Below are positions 19,240 through 28,606 of a stretch of DNA of 64,000 bases, in pieces. This stretch comes from Aggregatilineales bacterium. GTDB taxonomy: Bacteria; Chloroflexota; Anaerolineae; Aggregatilineales; Phototrophicaceae. A program made the translations under genes and the position numbers. The stretch spans positions 1,167,187 through 1,231,186 of the forward strand of contig CAXXTM010000002.1 of NCBI GenBank assembly GCA_963663445.2, in the 5' to 3' direction. Position 1 is the stretch's first letter; every line of letters starts with the position of its first letter. The notes under the pieces are model-generated. The model did no database searches, was not told the origin of the DNA, and worked only from the letters and a program-made list of their open reading frames with translations.

Positions 19240-19893
19240 TCAATACGCTATCGTGCTTTCACGCGGCGCATTGGTCAGCACAGCGCCAACAATACGCACG
19301 CGCACCCGTTCCAGAGCTTGACGCGCTTGCGCCGTATGGTCGCGGCGCGTATCGCCCGCCCGCAGGACTAGCAAAGCCCCATCCAGTTTGATCCCAAGTA
19401 AAGCGGCATCTGTCGCGGCCAGCACCGGCGGGCTGTCGAAGAGCACATAATCGGCGCGGCGTCTTAGCGCAGCGACAATCTCATCCATCCGTTTGCCACT
19501 CAACAAATCGGCTGGATTCGGCGGCAATTCCCCTGTGGATAGCAGCTGCAGATTGTCAACTGTTGTTGCGGAGAGCGGTGGATCATCTAGTGTGCTGTCG
19601 TCAACCATCATGTTTGTCAAGCCGCGCGCGTTGTCTAGCCCCCAGATCTGGTGTTGCTTGGGCTGGCGCAGATCGGCGTCCACCAATATCGTGCGATTCC
19701 CGCTTTGCGCGAAGGTCACAGCCAGGTTGGCCAGCGCCGAGCTTTTCTGGTTCTCGCGGGCAGGGGATGTGACCAGCAGAGTTTGAATCGGATTCTCGAC
19801 GCTGCTGAACATCAGGTTCGTGCGTAAACTGCGAAAGGCTTCCGCCGCGGCCGATCGGGGATCGGACAAAGTGACGAGGTTCTCAACTGCCAT
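19240..19893 (-). CDS. CapB/Wzc-type BY-kinase (P-loop ATPase) homolog with degenerate Walker A and no C-terminal tyrosine cluster
   Basis: DPRSAAAEAFRSLRTNL N-terminal motif, Walker A' ILVDADLRQP, Walker B VLFDSPPV. Walker A reads VTSPARENQKSS instead of the canonical VTS..PGEGKST. ATG 19893 lies 6 nt after AGGA. Confidence 0.75.
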   Translation of the reverse strand: MAVENLVTLSDPRSAAAEAFRSLRTNLMFSSVENPIQTLLVTSPARENQKSSALANLAVTFAQSGNRTILVDADLRQPKQHQIWGLDNARGLTNMMVDDSTLDDPPLSATTVDNLQLLSTGELPPNPADLLSGKRMDEIVAALRRRADYVLFDSPPVLAATDAALLGIKLDGALLVLRAGDTRRDHTAQARQALERVRVRIVGAVLTNAPRESTIAY

Positions 19894-20028
19894 AGCTGTT
19901 CCTAACTGTGGCGACCTTGGCGCCACTGCGTTTTCAAGTGCCATTTTAGCCCATCGAAGCAGAAGGCGTTAGTGAATTATTCGTGACTATGACAGATACA
20001 AGCGCAGGACCGGAATAGCTCACTTCTG

Positions 20029-20892
20029 CTATGGCTCGAGGTCAAACTCAATTCGCTGGACATCAGTCCCGCGAAATCCCGTTGCGATATCTGACAGGGT
20101 TTTCCCCTGCGTGGGGTGGCGATAGTCGGCTGCGATATCCGCCAGCGGGATGGCGACATGGGCAAAGCGAATGATGTCGGGATCTGGCACAATCCAAGGT
20201 CCTGCGCCGTATTCGAATACATCGTTGTTCCAAAGCGAAATGTCGATATCGATGGTACGCGGCGCGTTCTTGTTCTTTGGGTCGCGGCGCCGCCGCAAGC
20301 GCGACTCGATGCTGTCGATAACTTGCGTTTTGAATTCGAGCGCTTGGCGCTGCGTATGTATCTTGACCGCCATATTGATGAAGGCGGGCTGATTCATATC
20401 GCCTTGGGGGGCGGTTCGGTATGCGGATGAAATGTCCAACAGGTTTGTGTGGCTGCGGAGAAGTTTTATGGCGGCGGGGATGTTGTCCTCCGGCGATATA
20501 TTCGAGCCCAGCGACAAAAATACGACATTTCTCTGGTAGTCCTCGGCGCGGCGCTCAATGACGATGCCGACCGAATCCGCATGGCGCAGCGCGCCGGGCT
20601 TATGAATTTGAACTTGCACGCGCCGAGCCGCGAAGCCGAGAACGACGGTTTTGGCGATCTCTTCCGCCAGTTTTTCCAAGAGCCGAAAGCGCGATTCCTT
20701 AACCAGCCTGATGACCGCTTTGTTTACGGTCTTATAGTTGAAGGCATCAGATGGATCGTCCGTCTCGCCAGCGCGCCGCCCATCTGTTTCTATACGTAAA
20801 TTGATCACGACTTCTTGAAGTCTGTTTACTTCGTGAGGACTGAAACCAATTGTGGTTTGCAGACGCAAGTTCTTAATCTCAATGATGTCCAT
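20029..20892 (-). CDS. folK: Bifunctional dihydroneopterin aldolase / 6-hydroxymethyl-dihydropterin pyrophosphokinase (FolB-FolK fusion)
   Basis: N-terminal FolB-like IEIKNLRLQTTIGFSPHEVNRLQEVVINL. C-terminal HPPK-like VFLSLGSNI...PRTIDIDISLW. Confidence 0.85.
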   Translation of the reverse strand: MDIIEIKNLRLQTTIGFSPHEVNRLQEVVINLRIETDGRRAGETDDPSDAFNYKTVNKAVIRLVKESRFRLLEKLAEEIAKTVVLGFAARRVQVQIHKPGALRHADSVGIVIERRAEDYQRNVVFLSLGSNISPEDNIPAAIKLLRSHTNLLDISSAYRTAPQGDMNQPAFINMAVKIHTQRQALEFKTQVIDSIESRLRRRRDPKNKNAPRTIDIDISLWNNDVFEYGAGPWIVPDPDIIRFAHVAIPLADIAADYRHPTQGKTLSDIATGFRGTDVQRIEFDLEP

Positions 20893-21036
20893 GGATACCC
20901 AAGCAACGGTAGCGCCTAAGTTACATACGGGCGAAGCGAGCGTGTTGAAGACTTAGAAAATGAACACGGCGACTTTTTCTGCGGCGGTCGCGAATTCACG
21001 AAGTATCGCAGTATACGAGTGTTTGAAAATTACTTG

Positions 21037-21066
21037 TTGCAATTGCCCGAATATAAGCATTATAAT
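21037..21066 (+). promoter_or_regulatory. Candidate promoter for folE: -35 TTGCAA (21037-21042), 18-nt spacer, -10 TATAAT (21061-21066)
   Basis: Hexamers read in the AT-rich folBK/folE divergent intergenic region. Confidence 0.45.
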
Positions 21067-21136
21067 GTATAACATTGTTATCGACAAAGCTTGGCGTCAC
21101 TGCAAAAATGTTATAGGGACAACTGAAGGACGGACA

Positions 21137-21163
21137 ATGGAAACAGATTGGCCCCCTAAATGA
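21137..21163 (+). promoter_or_regulatory. Candidate 8-codon leader mini-ORF (METDWPPK) whose stop overlaps the folE ATG
   Basis: GAAGGA lies 6 nt upstream of ATG 21137. TGA at 21161-21163 overlaps ATG 21160 (AAATGA). folE itself has no visible Shine-Dalgarno sequence. Confidence 0.3.
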
Positions 21164-21834
21164 ATGGCCATGAAACGCAAATGCGTAGCGCTCGACAGAA
21201 TGAGATTCAGCAAAAACTTGAATCCGAGCAATTGCTGAATCGCTTTGGTTTAGATTGTAACGCAGTTGACAGCAAAGCTGTGATGCGTTCAATCCAGGAT
21301 ATGCTTTATGCCCTGGGCGAAGATCCTTATCGAGACGGCCTGCTCGAGACGCCAAAGCGAGTTGCCAGAGCCTATGAAGAATTGGTCAGCGGCTACACAA
21401 CCAACCCGGTAGAGCTAGTGAACAACGCCATTTACGATATCGATTACAACGATATCGTGATTGTCAGCGACATCGATTTTTACAGCCTCTGCGAACACCA
21501 TCTTCTGCCCTTTGTTGGTCAAGCGCACGTAGCCTATATTCCCAATGGTAAAATCATTGGTCTCAGCAAGATCCCACGTATTGTGGATATGTTTTCCCGC
21601 CGGCTGCAAGTGCAAGAGCGCTTGACACGCCAGATTGCCGAGTTTCTCGATGAGATCCTGGAGCCAAACGGCGTCGCTGTCTCCATAACGGCGCAGCACA
21701 TGTGCTCCGTGATACGTGGCGTCAAAAAACACAACTCCAATCTAAGGACCAATGCCATGATCGGCGATTTCGAGGTCGATCGTGAGATTCGTAGCGAGTT
21801 CCTTGCGCAGGTAGGTCGTTCCCCGAATCTCTAA
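21160..21834 (+). CDS. folE: GTP cyclohydrolase I
   Basis: CEHHLLPF zinc motif, RLQVQERLT, and the P.R......GL..TP.RV block. Start is uncertain (ATG 21160 or 21181). Confidence 0.9.
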   Translation: MNGHETQMRSARQNEIQQKLESEQLLNRFGLDCNAVDSKAVMRSIQDMLYALGEDPYRDGLLETPKRVARAYEELVSGYTTNPVELVNNAIYDIDYNDIVIVSDIDFYSLCEHHLLPFVGQAHVAYIPNGKIIGLSKIPRIVDMFSRRLQVQERLTRQIAEFLDEILEPNGVAVSITAQHMCSVIRGVKKHNSNLRTNAMIGDFEVDREIRSEFLAQVGRSPNL

Positions 21835-22044
21835 CCCTGTTGCAGTTTTCCTATGCAGCTCCGATCAAAATCACATACCGCAGTTAAACTTGGCTATCAG
21901 AGCGCATCCTCGCTCCATTCGCAGCGTGTATCGCGCTGGCGGCATTGCGCAGGGGCGCCGATTTCGCCATCATGCAGCTTTGATCCGTTCGGACGAAAAA
22001 ATCTGATTTAATTGTAAATGCGCCTGTTTTCCGATTTGCAGCTA

Positions 22045-22053
22045 TGATATACT
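22045..22053 (+). promoter_or_regulatory. Extended -10 promoter element TGATATACT upstream of the SAM riboswitch
   Basis: TG at 22045-22046 and TATACT at 22048-22053, about 35 nt upstream of riboswitch P1. Confidence 0.4.
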
Positions 22054-22085
22054 CACAGGTGCTGAATGAAGGACCATGTTCAGCA

Positions 22086-22190
22086 CTCATCAAGAGCGAG
22101 TGAGAGATCCGGCTCGAAGAACTCGCGGCAACCCCCAATCAAGCGGGACGGTGCTAACTCCGGCAGGGCGTAGACTCTGGCAGATGAGCG
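22086..22190 (+). promoter_or_regulatory. SAM-I (S-box) riboswitch
   Basis: CTCATCAAGAG.GAG.GAGAGA..GGCTCGAAGAA..CGCGGCAACC......GGTGCTAACTCCGGCAG......CAGATGAG matches the S-box core. P1 pairs 22086-22091 with 22183-22188. It lies upstream of metK. Confidence 0.85.
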
Positions 22191-22208
22191 TATCCTACGA
22201 CGATTTTT

Positions 22209-22237
22209 AACGCCTTCTGCCTCGCAAGGCGTTTTTT
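22209..22237 (+). terminator. Intrinsic terminator forming the SAM riboswitch expression platform
   Basis: AACGCCTT (22209-22216) / AAGGCGTT (22226-22233), 9-nt loop, then a T-run to 22237. It ends 22 nt before the metK ATG. Confidence 0.8.
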
Positions 22238-22258
22238 GTTGTATAGGAGAGGACGGGT

Positions 22259-23422
<1,164 letters not shown>

Positions 23423-23450
23423 GCTTGAGGCGACGCGGCTGGGAGCATGG

Positions 23451-24347
23451 ATGACTAAGGGACCGCGAATCTGCGACTATGGCGACTCGAGCTACCGCGA
23501 AGACTTTTGGGAAGGTCAAGGGCGCGACTATGAAGATGTGGTCGAGCGCCAAGTGCTGGCTCAACTCTTGCCCGAGCGCGGACAGCGGCTGCTGGAGGTG
23601 GGCGCGGGCTTTGGGCGCATCAGCCTGGAATACTCGATGTATGATCAGGTGGTCCTGCTCGACTATTCCCTCGAACAATTGATTTACGCCCGGCGCCAGT
23701 TGGGCGACGAGCGATTTGTCTATGTGGCGGCGGATGCCTATAACATGCCTTTTTGCCCCGGCGTCTTTGACTGCACGACCATGATCCGCGTCATCCACCA
23801 CTTTGAAGATGTGCCGGCCGTGCTTGCGCAAGTGCGCGCCTGCCTGTGTCATGGCGGGAAGTTCATTCTGGAGTATGCGAACAAGCGCAATCTAAAGTCG
23901 ATGCTGCGCTATGTTATAGGGCGCAACATCTGGAATCCGTATACGCTGGAGCCGGTTGAGTTTCTTGAACTGAATTTCAATTTCCATCCCGACTACATTC
24001 ATGCCAAGGTCACTCAACTGGGTTTTGACATTCTGCGCGTGGCGCCGGTGTCCTGGCTGCGGCTGGGGATATTGAAAAAGACGCTGCCTATGTCCATGTT
24101 GTCCAGAATCGATAGAGCGCTGCAGCGCAGCGGCTGGCGGCTGTCGCCAAGCATATTTCTGTCTCTGCAGTTGGGCAGCGCGCCACACGAACAGACGGCG
24201 GCGGCAGCGCGTGAGCCGCTGGATTTTCTCCGCTGTCCGCGCTCGGCAACGGCGCTGCGGCGCGCTGGCGACGCCTTGGTCAGCGCAAATGGCATCCGCT
24301 GGGGAATTGTCGGCGGGGTCTACGATTTCCGCCAGCCGCTGCCTTAA
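23451..24347 (+). CDS. Class I SAM-dependent methyltransferase with C-terminal Trm112-like tail
   Basis: SAM motif I RLLEVGAGFGRIS. C-terminal LRCPRS...L......L.S.NGIRWGIVGGVYDF. Start moved to ATG 23451 (GGAG upstream). The track ORF from 23343 overlaps metK. Confidence 0.8.
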   Translation: MTKGPRICDYGDSSYREDFWEGQGRDYEDVVERQVLAQLLPERGQRLLEVGAGFGRISLEYSMYDQVVLLDYSLEQLIYARRQLGDERFVYVAADAYNMPFCPGVFDCTTMIRVIHHFEDVPAVLAQVRACLCHGGKFILEYANKRNLKSMLRYVIGRNIWNPYTLEPVEFLELNFNFHPDYIHAKVTQLGFDILRVAPVSWLRLGILKKTLPMSMLSRIDRALQRSGWRLSPSIFLSLQLGSAPHEQTAAAAREPLDFLRCPRSATALRRAGDALVSANGIRWGIVGGVYDFRQPLP

Positions 24348-24440
24348 TTTCGGTCTTATTCCCGCGATTCAAGCGCGTTTAGGATTATCCTCGTACAATG
24401 ATAACGGAATGAGAACGGGCGGCATAACTGCCGCAAACAC

Positions 24441-25430
24441 ATGAATAACGGGGGTGTCACTGTGAAGCAGGGGAACAAAGATTTGTCGAATCCGCGCTCG
24501 GCGTCGGACTATCTGCGCCTGATCTTGACAGGATTCGCGATGGGGGCGGCTGACATCGTACCGGGGGTGAGCGGCGGCACAATGGCTTTCATTCTCGGTG
24601 TCTATGTGAACTTGGTCAGCGCGATCAAGTCCTTCAATTTGGACGCGCTTCGCTTGCTTTCGGCTGGCAGAATACGCGACTTGTTGGATCATATTTCTTT
24701 TCGATTTTTGGCCGCGCTGGGCATCGGGCTTTTGCTGGCGGTGCTGTCATTGGCGGGTTTTTTAAGCGGCATGATGGACGACCCAGAAGGCAGAGTCTTG
24801 TTATTCGCCTTTTTCTTTGGCTTGGTTCTCGCCTCCATTTTATCGATTGGCGTCAAAGTGAAGTGGGATCTCTCGGTGCTTGGGATTTTTGTGGCTGGCA
24901 CGCTCATCGCTTTTGTCATCGTCAACGCTGTCCCGGCCGAGGCGGATCATTCAGCGCCCATGTTATTCATCAGTGGCATGATCGCCATCACCGCCATGAT
25001 CTTGCCCGGCATCTCCGGTTCCTTCATGCTGTTGATATTGGGACAATACGACTATGTTCTGACCGCGGTCAGCGAGCGAGATTTGCCCCCGATTATCGCC
25101 GTCGGCTTGGGCGCGGCGCTTGGCATCATCGCCTTTTCGCGCGTATTGAGTTATTTGCTGGCGCATCACTACCGCATGACAGTGGCGCTTTTGGTAGGCT
25201 TCATGACCGGCTCGCTCTGGAAAATCTATCCTTGGCGGCAATGTTTGGAAAGCGACCTGGATCGCCATGGAGACTTCCGCTGCCTTTCGGATGCGCCCGT
25301 GATGCCGGATGCTTCATCCGAATCTTTCGCGCTGGCGGCCGCGCTGTTAATTGGCGGGTTCTTGCTGGTTAATTTCTTGGATCACCTGCAAGCCAAGGAC
25401 AATCCAGTCTTTCGGATTTTTTGGAAATGA
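24441..25430 (+). CDS. DUF368 family membrane protein (candidate polyprenyl/undecaprenyl-phosphate translocase family)
   Basis: Signature GAADIVPGVSGGTMAFILGVY, with a second internal repeat ILPGISGSFMLLILGQY. About 8-10 TM helices. Confidence 0.8.
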   Translation: MNNGGVTVKQGNKDLSNPRSASDYLRLILTGFAMGAADIVPGVSGGTMAFILGVYVNLVSAIKSFNLDALRLLSAGRIRDLLDHISFRFLAALGIGLLLAVLSLAGFLSGMMDDPEGRVLLFAFFFGLVLASILSIGVKVKWDLSVLGIFVAGTLIAFVIVNAVPAEADHSAPMLFISGMIAITAMILPGISGSFMLLILGQYDYVLTAVSERDLPPIIAVGLGAALGIIAFSRVLSYLLAHHYRMTVALLVGFMTGSLWKIYPWRQCLESDLDRHGDFRCLSDAPVMPDASSESFALAAALLIGGFLLVNFLDHLQAKDNPVFRIFWK

Positions 25431-25454
25431 TTTCGGGATCACAGACAATCTGCT

Positions 25455-25892
25455 TCAATCGTCCCGGATGGGCGGTCCTTTCCTGGTTGGGTGCAGCGCT
25501 CGCTCCTGCGCCTCGAGGATTTCTTGAATGCGCGAACGGGACAAGATCGCCGATACGTTCACGTCTACTGCGGACACATCGACCTGTTCATCTCGCATCT
25601 CAATAAGCTCTTCGAGGATTTCCCGCCGCCGATGCACCGAGGCTGCGATGGCATGCGTCGCGACCGGGCTAGTCAACAAGACAAACAAGCCCAGCGCCAA
25701 TAAACGCAGGCTCGCCGCTGGCATTAACAAAGCGGCGCCTACCAATAATCCAAAGAGGCCCAATGTCGCCACTTTGCCGGAGGCATGCAGGCGCGTCAGG
25801 GCGTCGGGCATGCGTATCACCCCCAACACGCCAACTGCGCAGAAAAATAAGCCGAATAGCAGGGCGATGACGCCAAGTATTTCCAGCAGCAC
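25455..25892 (-). CDS. mrpG: Na+/H+ antiporter Mrp subunit G
   Basis: GVLGVIRMPD..TRLHASGK motif. Last gene of the colinear mrp operon. Confidence 0.85.
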   Translation of the reverse strand: MLLEILGVIALLFGLFFCAVGVLGVIRMPDALTRLHASGKVATLGLFGLLVGAALLMPAASLRLLALGLFVLLTSPVATHAIAASVHRRREILEELIEMRDEQVDVSAVDVNVSAILSRSRIQEILEAQERALHPTRKGPPIRDD

Positions 25893-26173
25893 TAGAATCC
25901 TCTGCCTTCCGAGATGTAACGCGCGATGCTAATCGTGCCGACGAAAGCGAAAGCAGACAGGGCGATCGCCATGTCGACGAAGACTTGCGTGCCTTCCACC
26001 AAGGCGATCATCACAATGATGCCGATGAGCAGCGTCGTGATGAGATCGACGGCTTGCAGGCGGTCCGGCAGCGTCGTGCCGACGATAACGCGATAGGACG
26101 CGGGTATTAGCAAGCTTACCAGCGCCAATAGCACTAGCCTGATGGCCAGTTGGGCGAATTCGCTTTCAATCAT
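25892..26173 (-). CDS. mrpF: Na+/H+ antiporter Mrp subunit F
   Basis: 93-aa protein with 3 TM helices. Operon position. DRLQAVDLITTLLI motif. Confidence 0.85.
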   Translation of the reverse strand: MIESEFAQLAIRLVLLALVSLLIPASYRVIVGTTLPDRLQAVDLITTLLIGIIVMIALVEGTQVFVDMAIALSAFAFVGTISIARYISEGRGF

Positions 26174-26681
26174 GTCCTAGGATTCCTTTGATTCGCTTCA
26201 AACGAAGGGACTGATCCCGATCGAGGACCTCGCTGGACTCGCTTATTGTCAGGCTGTGCACGATCATCAAGACACCCTCGTCTTCATTTTTGTCGAAATC
26301 GACGACAAGCTCGCCCGGCGTGATGGTGATGCCGTGGGCGCTGATGGCGGATATCAACTCGCTTTTGCTGTCGTCCTGGGTCTTGACCAATGTGATGCCC
26401 GGGTCAATTGGCAGGCTCGGCGAAATGATGATGCGCGCGACTTGCACGCCAGATACCAAGACCTCTTTGGACAAGTAAAGCACATAAGCGAGCAAATTGT
26501 AGATTTGCAAAACCGCATTGCTCAGGTTGACGCTGTGCCCCTTTAGCCCGGTCGCCGTCAATACGACCACACTAAAGATATAGCCCAGCAGAAAGTTGCC
26601 TAGTGTGGGCTGCGCGGTATAGATTGTCCAGCCAAGCGACAAAGGCAATGCCAAGACGATGCGCTTCAAGATTGTGTTCAC
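26166..26681 (-). CDS. mrpE: Na+/H+ antiporter Mrp subunit E
   Basis: GTG 26681 follows GGAGGG and overlaps the mrpD stop (GTGA). The product (V)NTILKRIVLALPLSLGWTIY... has MrpE size (171 aa). The track ORF extends upstream into mrpD in another frame. Confidence 0.75.
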   Translation of the reverse strand: MNTILKRIVLALPLSLGWTIYTAQPTLGNFLLGYIFSVVVLTATGLKGHSVNLSNAVLQIYNLLAYVLYLSKEVLVSGVQVARIIISPSLPIDPGITLVKTQDDSKSELISAISAHGITITPGELVVDFDKNEDEGVLMIVHSLTISESSEVLDRDQSLRLKRIKGILGHD

Positions 26682-28201
26682 GGTCCCTCCATCGGTATAC
26701 CAACAGCGGGGAGACCAACCGCGGCAATATAGGTATTGGGATCGCTTATCTCGCGTACAGTCTCTGTCACTAGCTGAAGCAGCGGTTCCGCCAAGACGAT
26801 TCCCAGGAGCAAACAGATGGAGACCAAAAGCATAGGCGCCAGCAGACTGTCGCCAGCGTCTTTTATGGGCGTCGTTGCCGGGTTTGGCGCGCGCTGGAAG
26901 ATGTGCTGCCAAGCTCGCACCATATAAATCAAGGTGAGTATGCCCGCGCCGACTAACAAGATCAAGTTCACCCAATCTTCTTGAGCGACGCCGCCGCGTA
27001 TCAGCGCCAGCTTGCTGATGAAACCGTTGAGCGGCGGGATGCCAGCCAGCGACAAACCGCCAATCATTACTAGCCAGCCTGTGAGTGGCGGCAGCTTGTG
27101 CCCGATCCCGACGATATCGGCGAAGTTCGCTGTCTTGACTTTGGTGTAACTGGCGACGACGCCCATGAGCATCAGCAGCGAAGACTTGATAAAGGCATGA
27201 TTAAAAGCATAAACAATCGCGCCGATCATCGCTAGTGTATTGCCCCATCCGATGCCCACCAGGATGAATCCGATCTGGGCGAAGGTCGAGTAGGCGAGCA
27301 TTCTCTTGGCGTTATATGTGCGCAGCGCGCCCAGGCTGCCAAAAAAGACGCCGATGCTGCCCAGCAACACGAGCCAACTTTGCAGCCTTGGCGCCTCGTC
27401 AACGAATAGCAGCGTTACCAGACGGATAATCCCATAGACGCCAACCTTTACAACGATCGACGACAACATGGCGCTGACGGGCGTTGGCGCGGTGGTATGA
27501 AAATCCGGCTGCCAAAAATGGAAAGGAAAGACCGCGCTCTTGAGCAGGAAGGCGCAGAGCAGCATCAAAGCCGAGGCCGGCGCCAGAAAGGGTCGCTCGC
27601 CGGTCAAGAGGATGCGCGCCATATCAGCCATGTTGAGCGTCCCCAGCGCGGCGTACATCGCCGCTATGCCCAGCAGCAAAAATAAGGTTCCCATAGAGCT
27701 AATCAGGATGTACTTCAATGCCGCTTCCAGGCCGTATTGGTCATCAGAAATCGCCGTCAGCGACACCGAAGCCAGCACCATCAGCTCCATGAAAACAAAC
27801 AATGTGAAGAGATCGCCCGTCAACATGGCGCCGACGAGACCCAGTTCCATGAGCAGGAATAGCGGCACAAAGGCCGGGTAGGTCATGCACCTGTCATGGC
27901 TGCGCAGAGTATAAAGCATGCCGCCAATCATGATGGTCGTGACCATGAAGGCAAAAAGCCCGCCCAAACTATCGGCGACCAAGACGATGCCGTAGGGCGG
28001 GGACCAGCCGCCTAGTTCATAGGTTTGCACGCCGGTCTGGTGTACCTGCAGCAATACGCGCGTGCTGAAGAGCCAGGCGACGATGCTGGTTATCAAACCC
28101 ACAAGGCGCTGCGCATGGTTATTTTTCGCGAAGAGCAGCGCGATTACCGCGCCCGCAAGCGGCGCGACCAGCGTGCCCAAGACAAATATGTTGTCACCCA
28201 T
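26678..28201 (-). CDS. mrpD: Na+/H+ antiporter Mrp subunit D (NuoN/NuoM-like)
   Basis: 507 aa with about 14 TM helices. Proton-antiporter core motifs (FHFWQPD, KSALFPFH-type). Confidence 0.9.
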   Translation of the reverse strand: MGDNIFVLGTLVAPLAGAVIALLFAKNNHAQRLVGLITSIVAWLFSTRVLLQVHQTGVQTYELGGWSPPYGIVLVADSLGGLFAFMVTTIMIGGMLYTLRSHDRCMTYPAFVPLFLLMELGLVGAMLTGDLFTLFVFMELMVLASVSLTAISDDQYGLEAALKYILISSMGTLFLLLGIAAMYAALGTLNMADMARILLTGERPFLAPASALMLLCAFLLKSAVFPFHFWQPDFHTTAPTPVSAMLSSIVVKVGVYGIIRLVTLLFVDEAPRLQSWLVLLGSIGVFFGSLGALRTYNAKRMLAYSTFAQIGFILVGIGWGNTLAMIGAIVYAFNHAFIKSSLLMLMGVVASYTKVKTANFADIVGIGHKLPPLTGWLVMIGGLSLAGIPPLNGFISKLALIRGGVAQEDWVNLILLVGAGILTLIYMVRAWQHIFQRAPNPATTPIKDAGDSLLAPMLLVSICLLLGIVLAEPLLQLVTETVREISDPNTYIAAVGLPAVGIPMEGP

Positions 28202-28249
28202 AAACGGTCGGCGTTCTCATGCTTGTGCCATTTTCTCGAGTTGCTTTCC

Positions 28250-28594
28250 TTAGTTCCTCAGATTGTTCACTTCGTTCGAATCCACGGTTCCATAGCGCAG
28301 CGAAATGATATTGACCAAGCCCAGCACCAGCGAAAAACTGCCGAAGCTGACCACAATGGCAGTCAAAATCAGCGCTTGAATAAGTGGATCGCTGGTCTGG
28401 CGTCCCGCTTCCACATTGCTCACGTATGGCGCGTATTCGCCTTCAAATGCGCCAACAGCGACGAAAAACAAGTTAATGGCGGAGAACAATATCGCGAAGC
28501 CGATGGCCGCCTTGATGAGGTCTCGCCGCAGCAATTGAAACACCCCGATGCCAAAGAGCATGCCTATGGCGAGCGCGAACATGAATTCGATCAT
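28250..28594 (-). CDS. mrpC: Na+/H+ antiporter Mrp subunit C (NuoK-like)
   Basis: 114 aa with 3 TM helices. Operon position. Confidence 0.9.
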   Translation of the reverse strand: MIEFMFALAIGMLFGIGVFQLLRRDLIKAAIGFAILFSAINLFFVAVGAFEGEYAPYVSNVEAGRQTSDPLIQALILTAIVVSFGSFSLVLGLVNIISLRYGTVDSNEVNNLRN

Positions 28595-28606
28595 GGACCT
28601 TGCCTC

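Noticed and set aside
26682-26975. N-terminal 98-codon extension of the mrpE ORF in the track
   Set aside because: The extension overlaps mrpD in another frame and is Arg/Gly/Ala-rich. An internal GTG with a GGAGGG Shine-Dalgarno sequence and a GTGA junction gives a normal-sized MrpE. Similar upstream extensions were trimmed for rnj, malK-like, SDR, rnhB, rmlA, etfA, the methyltransferase, the histidine kinase, the binding protein, the ABC ATPase and DUF45.
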